NCBI RefSeq assembly: GCF_037042905.1
Contig: NC_087245.1
Coordinates: forward strand, 20,772,001 to 20,836,000
Source: Lytechinus pictus
Lineage: Eukaryota
Direction of reading: 5' to 3'
Length of the DNA stretch: 64,000 nucleotides
Part shown: one piece after another, positions 53,833 through 64,000 of the stretch
Numbering within the stretch: the first letter of the stretch is position 1
Layout of the letters: every line of letters starts with the position of its first letter
Notes under the pieces: generated by a model
Seen by the model: the letters and a program-made list of their open reading frames with translations, nothing else
Databases searched by the model: none
Told to the model about the DNA's origin: nothing
Translations under genes and position numbers: made by a program

Positions 53833-55480
53833 GTTAAGAGTATTTTGAATTCGTATTAGAGCTTATATTTTGGTCGTTTTTTTTTTTACTCAAATAGGTG
53901 CACCTACAATGTACACCACCGCAGCTAAAAGTATTTTGACTAGAATAAGATAATGATATTAAATTTGAACAAAGAGAATTATATGGTTACTTTATAATGA
54001 ATAAGTACTACTCAGTATAGGCAGACTTGATTTGTATCAGCATTAACATATAATCGAGTCAAGAAAGAACTATGAAATCAAACAATCGCAATAATTAGTT
54101 TAATTCTTTGCTATTTTTGTATAAAGACGACACCAGTGCACTTAGTATTATAACCAGTAACAAATTTAAAAAAATTTATAACCTGATATTTGTTAATTTC
54201 TTTTCGCAAGGCAAAACTCAAATCTTATATTTATGAAAAAATGAAATGATACAACAGGTGTATCAGTGTTGAAACATAAACGTTTGTATGTGAACGGCTC
54301 CTAAGGCGTATAGGTTTGCATTTTTATGTGGCCTAAATAGAGGCATTTATATCACGTCAATTGAATTTGGAGATGACTGTTAGAGATTTGACCTCAGTCG
54401 CCATTGGAACCATTCTAAACTGCAGAATACCGTTAACATTGATATGAATTAATATTAATTGTGATTAAACTGAAAATATATATGTTTTTATTATTTCCGT
54501 CCTTCAATTCCTTAAAAAAAATTAGTGTACGTCGCATCCATATCGAAATTGTTAACATGGTTCTCAGGGTAAAATTCAAATTCGAATTATGATCTTTCAG
54601 TAAACCTTTTACAACGTTTAGTCAATTCCTAAATATTGTCCATTACATCACGAGTAATTTAACTTTTTTGTCGATGTATAGATTGATTTTGTTGTACTGA
54701 AAATGAAATTTTAAGGTTTCAAAATAAATTAGAAATTAATGCCTTTTTTAAGTATCATGTTTGAAGGAAGATTAAATCAAGATTAATTATAAGGTCGCAA
54801 GGGTATGGCAGTAAGAAGCTAACAGGCAGATTTATCAGGATGACATGCTGTTAAGTGTAATCTGGGATGCTAAACCTAAATCAATACCATTGCATATCAC
54901 AAGAATGTTTTACGAATGTGTCACCGCAAAACGTTATTGGTTCTTCTTGGGTAAAGTGAATAAAAATGCATTCCAGGCAGAGAAATAGAGAGAGAGGAGA
55001 TATGAAAGACGGAAAAGAGGTGGAAAGGACTAGGGTGAGGTAGAAAAGGGAAGAGAGATAGGGAGAGAGAGAGAGAGACATATGGAAGTTTTTTTTTTTT
55101 AAGGCAAGAGGGTGGAGATGGTAATATATTCGAGAAACAAGAAAAGGTCCATGTATACAGAGAGATAGAAAGGGAGGGATTTAAAGAAAATGGGGGGTTA
55201 ATAATATTGTGTATATGTGTGTGTGTTTGTGTTATGAGTTAGAGAGGGGGTAATGTGTGTAGGGAGAGAGTGTATATAAAGCTGGTAAGGAGACTGGGAC
55301 GGCGAAAATATAAAGAGATAGTAAAAATGGGGTGTGTGTAAAGGAAAGAGAGGGAGGATAATGCGAGAATTATGTATTTTTGCAGATATTTTCGCAATCC
55401 GCTGCCTGATCCCGCCATACTCCCATCGAGGGGTAGTGCCTCGGAAAGCGTTCAAGGATAGGATAGTAAAGCTTCATTCG

Positions 55481-55566
55481 GTTACCATGGTGACAGAATG
55501 AGAGGATAGAACGTGTGGTATTGATGAGGTGGTAAGAAGGTGCCGGGTCCCGGGAGGATATATAGG
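55481..55566 (+). promoter_or_regulatory. candidate RFX X-box plus TATA-like box
   Basis: GTTACCATGGTGAC (55481-55494) closely matches the X-box consensus GTTNCCATGGNAAC. TATATAGG at 55559-55566 sits in a GC-rich unique patch. Confidence 0.45.
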
Positions 55567-55975
55567 AGGCGAAGGAAGCGATCCGTCTCCGCTCTCGCTT
55601 TGAGTATACACAAGATAATGCTTGTGAATATCACCAAGATCACAATTTAGAAAGGGACGAGCGCTAGGGTCGGGAGTCCTTTCCCTCTTCTCCCACTCTC
55701 CCTCCCCCTCTCTCTCTCTCTCTTTTTTTCTCTCCCCCTCTTGGCATCTTCCTCATTCCCATTCCATCTTTCTAATTTTGATTCGTCTTCATACTTTCTA
55801 TTGTCATGTTTTAGTCCCAAGTCACCCAATAATAATAATTTTAAAAATCCGTTACGTCCTTTCTTTTGGTCATTCTCCCCTCCCGCCCCAATCGCTCCGC
55901 CCCCTCTTCCTTTGTTCTCTTTATCCTTCAAGTTTTCCCCCTTTCTCCCCCTCCCTCACTCCCATTCCCTCACTC

Positions 55976-55982
<7 letters not shown>

Positions 55983-56025
<43 letters not shown>
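55983..56025. repeat. (CT)n microsatellite within a polypyrimidine tract
   Basis: Direct read of the sequence. Confidence 0.95.
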
Positions 56026-56029
<4 letters not shown>

Positions 56030-58199
56030 GGAGCATTTTATATATTTTTACAGGGGGGACCTGAAGTGGAGGTGTGCTTGTGAATACATTACTGAATAAA
56101 CATGTCTAGATGGTACTATGAGGAGTACTTAAAACCATAAGTGAATTTCGGGAAAAAAGTGACAGACATTCGGACATGTAGAACTCGCATGCAGAGCGTG
56201 GAGTGAAAATCATGGCAAAACGTCTCTGAATCAATAAAGAAAGTAGTGATAGATTTTCACTTAATTCAATTTTTAGGACGAATATAGAAACAACTGAGAC
56301 ATGTCGTAATAAACATTGAGACCTACCATGTATACTGTATACAAGACTCTCATATTGGAAAAAATATATATTTTTCATTCATTATTGTATGTTAGTTTAT
56401 GTCTGCGACCATTTAAACATCTCTTATAATCGAGTACACAAAAACAAAGAGGATTAAAAAGAAGTAGAATAGGAAGAATAAGGAAAGAATGATGACGACG
56501 ACAGTGAAGACGACGATGATGATGACGATTATTGAAAGAGGAAGAGGCGACTGGAGAGAAAGATATTAAGGGGAAAGATGAATGGTGACAAGAAGGAGAG
56601 ATGAATGAAAAATATAAAGAAGAGAATAATGCTACAATTCGGTTAATGCTGATTATAGTTAATGCTGTTCATTTCATTTAAAATCTAATTGACCCCTTTA
56701 TTTTTGAAGAGCCTATTATAGCGGAGAATGGGGGCAATGGCAATAATATCAAATCCGTCACTGATTTAATCCATCGATTCAATTTGCAAGAAGATCTGTC
56801 CATTTTTATAAATGTACGCCGTGCCGACTCTGTGAGAATCAGTGCTACCTGAAATGTAGATAATTAAAAATTTATATTATCATCTGAAATATTCTTCACC
56901 CACACTATAAAAATTTACGGTTTTAAGTACGTTATTTGAGCCTATCATTCTAACAATTATTGTTTAAAGTTTTAAACAAGTTGTTTACAGTTTCTAACAA
57001 GTTGTTTAATTCTTTTAGAATAATTCCCAAATAGGAAAACATTATGACTATCGTTTAAAAGTTTGAATAACTTGTTGTTAGAGTACCAGGCTTTGCAGTG
57101 CTTTGAATTTTAAGCGTGCTTCCTTGTGTTGGCCAGGGTCATCCATATCTTTTCTCTATATATACCATACACATCCCAAAGAAAGTTCAGAGAAAATTTA
57201 CCCACTACTTTGCCAAAAAATCAAACAAAACTTGTTTGTTGGTGAAATTAATTTATTGTAGTGATGCTAATGATAAAAACGTTTCTGCCGCGCCTTTTCT
57301 GAAGACAGATACAAAGCACATTATATCCTCACATTATAATCATTAAACAATTACGTATTTGATGTTTCTTATTAAAAAAGCAAGCATTCACGTTTCATCT
57401 TAAGCAAATATTGGATAAACCTCTTCAGAGTGCGCTAAATTATATCGTAGTTTTCATGTTACTAGCATAAAGTATAGAAGTTCTTACACGTATAGTTTAT
57501 CATTATTTAATTCAGGCATGAGTGAAGATTGTTGATTCTACGAAGAATGTTGAGGTAATGATGGTGACGATGATTTAATAGCATGAATTAAACATGTCGA
57601 TATAATCAAATCTGCTTTTCAAATGTTTTGCGCCTTCTTCTGTACATAATAACTTAAATCCTTTTATGTTTCGTACTCTTATGAAAAATGTCCATTGAAA
57701 GAAAAATAAATGTGTACTGAAATTGGATCAATATTTTTTAAGTAATCATAGTATTATACTGTGCAACATACGGATTGTCATATTCTTCATCGTAATACAT
57801 TCAACCAGTAAGTTTATTAATACTTAATCTCATTATCATTATACAACGCATCTTAATATAGGGCCTTCTTTATTGCTAGGGGCAAAAAGCGCTCTCCAGT
57901 CGGTTTATATCGTGTAGGACGTTTTATGACGACTCCCCTGATGGCCGGAACAAAATTACGACTCTCTCTGTCATTTGATGTTAATGGTCTCCCATATGGT
58001 GTCAGGCTTGCCAAACATGTCGGACCTCATTTTTATTCTGATTGTCTTCCGCCTTTGGAAGAAGGCCTCAGCTGTCTATCTCTCTCATAATGATTCAGTA
58101 CTTCGTTACTAATGATATATGGTTCAGTAAATAAGTTTACACAATTTTGAAGATGCTATTTAGCATGGTTTCGATAAGGTTGCAACGATAGATATTGTT

Positions 58200-58636
58200 A
58201 TGATGATGGTTACTGTGGTGGAGATGGTGATAATGACGACAATGATGGTGATGATGGTCGTAATGGTAATGTGAATAGTGATGACTGTGATAGTGGTGGT
58301 GGTGGTGGTGTTGGTGGTGTTGGTGATGGTAGTGGTAACAATACTGGTGGTGATGGTGTGGAAATTTCAATGATCATGGTTATGATTGCGATGATGGCAA
58401 TGTCAATGGTAATCATTATGTTATGTTGGTGGTCGTCCTGGTAATGTTGGTGATGGGTAGTGGGAGTGATAATGGTGTTGACGATCAGATGGTACATGGC
58501 GGTGTGATAACGACGACGACGACGATGACGATGACGATGGTAATGATGGCATTGGTGGAGATAATGTTGGTGAGAATAGTGGTAATGCTAATGTCAATAG
58601 TGCTGATGGTGACGATGATGGTAGGGATAATCAAAG

Positions 58637-58667
<31 letters not shown>

Positions 58668-58865
58668 GATGATGGTGATGATGATGGTGATGATGATGAT
58701 GATGGTGATGATGATGGTGATGGTGCTGATGATGATGATGATGATGATGATGTTGACGGCAATGATTATGATGACGGTTGTGATGATGGCACCGTTGTTG
58801 TTGGTGGTGGTGGTGGTGCTAACTGTAAAGATGGTAGTGATGATGGTGATAATTATGTTTGTGAT
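58200..58865. repeat. degenerate (GAT/GGT)n microsatellite
   Basis: Direct read. Source of the poly-M/H ORFs. Confidence 0.9.
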
Positions 58866-61086
58866 GGTGTTTGGATATCATGGTTGTGATTGGTTAATAT
58901 TGGCTTTGTTTATTATTAAAAAGAAAACCTACTAGAAAGGGTCTAGATTAATGTCTAGAGAACGGAAACGCTCGGAGTGCGAAACATGCAAGACAATTAT
59001 TACGGTAGAAAGGTGTGAAGAGGGATTATACAGAGTTGATTTATTACACGCGGCGACATCAGATATGAATTGCCATTATCACGCTAATGCTGAGTTTGAG
59101 TGGACATAAGATGTTATTTGGACTATCATTCAAATTTTATCTTTCAGGCTCAGTTGCCTTGGTAATGCATTGTTATTGCCTGTTTGGATTCAAGCTCCTA
59201 TATATATTTCAGCAAACATAGCATCATATATTAATACGCTCTCATGGGCATCGTGACAATTTTGGTGTGTGACCCATGTACCCATATATCATTATGGTTC
59301 AATACCGTCTGTCCTTTGTTTAACTATATAATGGAGACTGGCGTATACCAAGCTCTTACCTCTTAGCTGATACTTTTACCTTTATTCTTATAATCTTGTT
59401 ACTTTTTACTTATTTTTTTTTCTTAATCTTTCATCCTTATAATCAATGCTGTTAGTTCAGGATGACACACATTGTTGGCACATCGTTGTGCTAAGAATCT
59501 TCACTTTGTTTTTTATATGCTTACATCATAATTGACATTTTCATTTTATTTATTTATTTAAAATAAGTCAGGTGATAGGATATTACATTCAATAAATACT
59601 GGTGGTATGGTAATTGATTACCTGTCTTTTGAAAATGTAACAGTAACAGAGATTCGAGGTTTAATACAAGAAGTAGGGCATATGCTGCGTGCTAATGCAT
59701 GTGCCTATGGGCGATTAGACCTTTATAATTTCTATGGTAAAGCTTAAATTAAATAAAATACATTGTAGGACTTATTTCACGTTCCAAACTTCAAAAAGTG
59801 CAATGACGTTTAAATTTCGACGGTTGAACCGTTCATTCTTTGTGGAAAAAAATGAATTCAGAATTTGAAAGTATTTCGCGCCCTCTCTTGGTTATGCTGT
59901 AATTCTTCAAAAGGCCCCTAAACAATTCTTGATACAAATTTTGTAGTTGGGTATCAGAAAGCTATACAAGCAAGGATTATACCTTGAAATTTCAGATTTT
60001 TATTACTATTATTACCACTATTATTATTATTCTTGTAGTTTTCGTAGTCGGTATTGATATCATTATTACTATTATTAGCATTTTTGTGTTTGCCTTTAAA
60101 CCATTGTGATAGACGTGCTGCAATATATCATAGTGAAGTTGAATTCATTCTGAGAACAGAGCGCGCGTACAATTTACATGCACCACAAAACAAAGCATCA
60201 TGAATGGAGAGTGACACATTGACAGTATTTGGTAATTTGATTTCTTATACTACACGACTCGGGGTCGTTGTTTTCATTCACTTTGGTGTCTATTCCGTTC
60301 GATCACAAACCATTTCGACGAATTTCCATGGGAGAGGCACGATGTAGCTCAATCAGGGTTGATTTGTTGTACATGCATTATGGTACTATGACCGATTACC
60401 AAGGAGTTTGCACGTACCATAAAGGAAAAGAAGTCTCCAGAAAGGTTTGTGCAGATCACGGCTTTACTGGCTGATTGAGGCTCTCCCTCTAGTAATGTTT
60501 GATTTTGTTTTTCACTCAATAAAATGATCAGAAAATGATGAGAAATATGAGCCATGCTGAAGAAAAGGTCGTTGTCCCTGATGTAATACTAATGTGGAAT
60601 CAGAAAAAAAGCATCAGCAGTTCACAAAGCAGAAAATGGTATAACTATCATATATTTTTGTTTTATTCATGATAATCTTATACTATGTTTTATTATTTTT
60701 CAATTGAAAAAACACTTTGGTTTTTTGCTCATAGTATCTTTCTATATTTCTAACGAATCAATTCCATATGTTACCTCCCGGATGGTTTCAAATTTTATTT
60801 TGTTTATGTAGGCTGTTTTCATTTCGGTCGTAAAGATGCAGCTGCATGCGCAGAAAATGGGTCAGCTAAATCAAACATGGAAATCCGCATGAAATTGTCG
60901 TCTTTGAAGATAAAGCAGTTTTGGCAGTGAAGACGTGATGGATAATCTGGATTTGAAGTCGGAGAGAATAAAGATGAAATCAGTTGGTCTCTCTCGATCG
61001 ATTGTTTATCAGATCTGCGTTCAGTAGTCAGGAGGACTGGTCGGGGAGGGGGAGGGGGGGGCGTGGGTGTCCATAATGGATGCACC

Positions 61087-61506
61087 GGTAAAATGCCAAT
61101 TCGTCTATTGCCAACTCGTCCTTCCAAATCTAACTTCAATTTAGTCTCGTGCCATTCCGTCCATTAGCATTTCGACTAACATCCATTTGGTCCAATAACC
61201 ATCTCGTCCAATCATTACTTCGTCTAATCACCATTTCGTCTATGACCATTTCGTCTATGAGCAGTTGGTCTAATATCTCTTTTATTTTCATTTATCAATT
61301 TAGCCTATTAAACACATATTCCTATTAGACCAAACGGCATATGGACTAAATGGCTATTGGACCAACTGGTTATTAGACGAAATGTGAGTGAACGAAATGA
61401 CAATTAGACCATGCGAATAGTGGACTAACTGATTGTAGGCTAAAATCATCATCATAGACGAGTTGGTATTTGGACGAATTCGAATTTGACCAATTAGAAA
61501 TAAACC
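61087..61506. mobile_element. foldback mini-transposon with inverted ~15-bp CCATTTCGTCTAAT-type arrays
   Basis: GGT.. / ..ACC ends. Left half has CCA(T/A)TT(C/G)GTC(T/C)A units and right half their reverse complements. 8-bp TSD GATGCACC (61079-61086) / GATCCACC (61507-61514). Confidence 0.85.
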
Positions 61507-63457
61507 GATCCACCGTCCTTGTCTTATTTTTTATTTTTTTGGTTTTGTACTTGGGGAGTCAGAGTGAAAGGGAATATAATCTGAGGACTTTGCAGTGTAA
61601 CTTAGTTTCTTATGTAGCCTTTAAACATGTTCTTTATGGCCAGGCTGTTACAACTTGTGCTGGTCAGATAAATTTTCAAATATACATTATGATATTAATA
61701 TTTGATTTTTATTGCTGAGAGATTATTAAGTGTTTTTTTTTTCCCGACTTACATTGATTAAGCGATCGATCAAGGTTATTTTTCAATCGAATTCCATCCA
61801 CAGTTTCTGGTAATATACATGTATATGGGATATAATCATAATTATGAGACAGACAACGAATTAGTTAATTTTAAGGACAACGAAATTTAAAAAAGTAATG
61901 TTTGAGAGGACGTTTGGGTGTGTACGGGTATGTGTCTGTGATAAATAAAAGAGTGAAAAGAGAGATGAATAAAAAGGGAGAATATAATAATAATTATAAA
62001 ATTAATGATAATAATAATAATAATAAGAAGAAGAAGTAGTAGTAGTAGTAGTAGTAGAAGAGAGAAAGAGAGTCGTTTTCTTAAAGTTCTCTATTTCTCT
62101 ATTCATATGGTTCATATTGATACACCCCATTTGCGTGGCTGTTAGTCACAAGCTCCAACGCCCCAGGGACCTAAACTATGACGCCGCAGGGATGATGAAG
62201 ACATCTTCTTTCAACGAAACACTGTAATTGTGTTTGGTGAATCAACAAATGAAGTGATAACAGTCACGTCCAGCTTACCTTTCAGTCTACCCCTTCTCAT
62301 GTCGAAAGGGGTCAGCAATGCGCATGGAATATGGGTTAAAGAAGACTGAGATCATATCCAAACATAAGCTCTATCTCTTTGGTCTTCTTGTTTAAGGTAC
62401 GCTCTAAAAGATGAAACAGGTGGAAAGGGGTAATTGATCCCCTTAAAAGGGCCAATGGTGGACTTTTTTTTAATGGCTGGAAATGCTGTTACTCCTTGGC
62501 GATTTTTCCATTCTTTCTCCCCTTTGTCTTTTCTGTTGTAATTTTTATTTAGAGTGTACCAGTGGATATATCGATGGCATTTGATATAGTGAAGTAAAAT
62601 TCATCCGCTATACATGTAGAGTGGAGTTTAAGTGGATACAGTCCGCCAACCCTTTAGAAAATAACCATGCTCCCCATCCCACACAATAAAAATGACCACA
62701 CCGCTTACTATGAAGGAAACCAGTAAGAAATAAAGTTGGAATTTGTGAAATTCACCCCATCACTCGTCCAATCAGGTTACGCCACTCTGATGGAGACTGA
62801 TGACAAGCTTAAGTAGTCAAAATAATGCGAGAACACCCTTTCGGCGCCAAGTGAAAAGGATGTAGATACGATAACAATCTTTCCCATCTGTTCCATCCCA
62901 CTACCGTGCTGAAGGTTATACCCTGTCATCAACGGGGGCCTGGCCGATGATAAACTGGGATTGATTAGAATAATATAATAACATTTCATTCAACATGAAC
63001 ACATTGATTCAGACCCTTTGACCCTCTCTTAATCTCTCTTCCCATGAGTCTGCCTATAGCATTCCAGTTTCATGGTGTGAGTCTTGTCATGAAGGTTTGC
63101 TATGTTAGGATGAGAGGGGAGGGGTAGCATTCGACGAGGTGAAACACATTCAATCAAAAGTTTAGTATTGAAAATAATATATTATAATGATAATATTGTT
63201 AAGCAACATATATACAATGCAACTGCTCCAATGCAAATTCAAGTTATTATCTATAAAACGTTATGGAATGTTATTGAAACAAAAATGTGATTTAATTAGT
63301 TTTCCTTCATCTTGGATGCGTGCTCCCATCCCATTTCTATACGCCCTTGTAGTGATATGCCATGTGACAGGAAGTAGTGTGTACCATCATGATCGTGTGT
63401 AGATATGAACAAAGTGTTCCATACTCTGCGCTTACATGGAAGAAATACGCATAATGT

Positions 63458-63750
63458 GGGAGTGCCGTGGTCTAGTGGTTACGACTCTCGTCTTTCAATC
63501 AGAGGGACGTGGGTTCGAATCCCAGCCATGGCGTGTTTTCCTCAGTTCAGCAAGAAATTTACCCACATTGTGCTGCACTCAACCCAGATGAGGTGAATGG
63601 GTACCCGGCAGGATTGATTCCTTGCATGCACTGAGCGCTGAAAGGCAGCTCGAGCTAAATCCGGGGTAATAATAATGACAATGCGCCTCGGAATAGTATT
63701 ATTTCTAAATAGATGGTGCTATATAAATGCCTATTGCTATCATTATTATT
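63458..63750 (+). mobile_element. tRNA-derived SINE (family C) with an L2-like 3' tail
   Basis: A box TGGTCTAGTGG, B box GGTTCGAATCC, body GCTGCACTCAACCCAG..AATGGGTACC, tail GTGCTATATAAATGCC followed by (TAT)n. Confidence 0.88.
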
Positions 63751-64000
63751 AATTGAGTGTGTAAAGCTTTCTCTGCGATTGATCGGTAGCGATTATGTTT
63801 TGAGTTTAAAAAGATTTTTATACTCTAAAATCACATGATATAGAGAACCCTATGCACAGATGTTGATAGTATACCAGCAGCATGCATACGTTTCCTCCCT
63901 TGTTGACAGACCCTTCGTAAAAATTCATTTAACTATAAAGGGCGCCATAAAGTCTCAGCTACCCACGAAGACTTCTTATCCTTTCATCCATATAGGCCCA

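Noticed and set aside
57915..58010. Posterior Hox/Cdx-like motifs (TTTTATGAC, AATTACGAC)
   Set aside because: Short AT-rich motifs expected by chance. No conservation data are available to support an enhancer.
58137..58935. Poly-His and poly-Met ORFs
   Set aside because: Degenerate GAT/GGT repeat with no splice or domain support.
63458..63535. Functional tRNA gene
   Set aside because: The tRNA-like head runs straight into a SINE body and tail, and the stems are imperfect. The same applies to 27870 and 35760-35830.

Overview
This is AT-rich, gene-poor animal genomic DNA. The repeat types (poly-G-ended MITEs, tRNA-derived SINEs, an L2/CR1-group LINE, long GAT/CTA microsatellites) suggest a marine invertebrate, most likely a sea urchin; that assignment is inference. 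I found no prokaryotic system, CRISPR array or intact multi-exon gene. The only clearly recognisable protein-coding region is a 5'-truncated, mutated non-LTR retrotransposon reverse transcriptase (~42.1-44.3 kb). A probable host gene starts near 6.2-7.7 kb on the + strand: a promoter-like island, an exon at 6759-7722 ending in 49 codons, and a strong GTAAGT donor. No next coding exon could be identified, so most of the window may be one very large intron. The rest holds many non-autonomous DNA transposons with readable terminal inverted repeats (TIRs) and target-site duplications (TSDs), three different tRNA-SINE families and several nested insertions. The most unusual items are two 18-21 bp CATGGACCT..AGGTCCATG palindromes resembling P-element footprints, two foldback elements built from inverted ~15-bp arrays with 8-bp TSDs, and a 3.2-kb TAG..CTA element carrying a ~180-bp satellite. 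Most ORFs in the supplied track are random or microsatellite artefacts.
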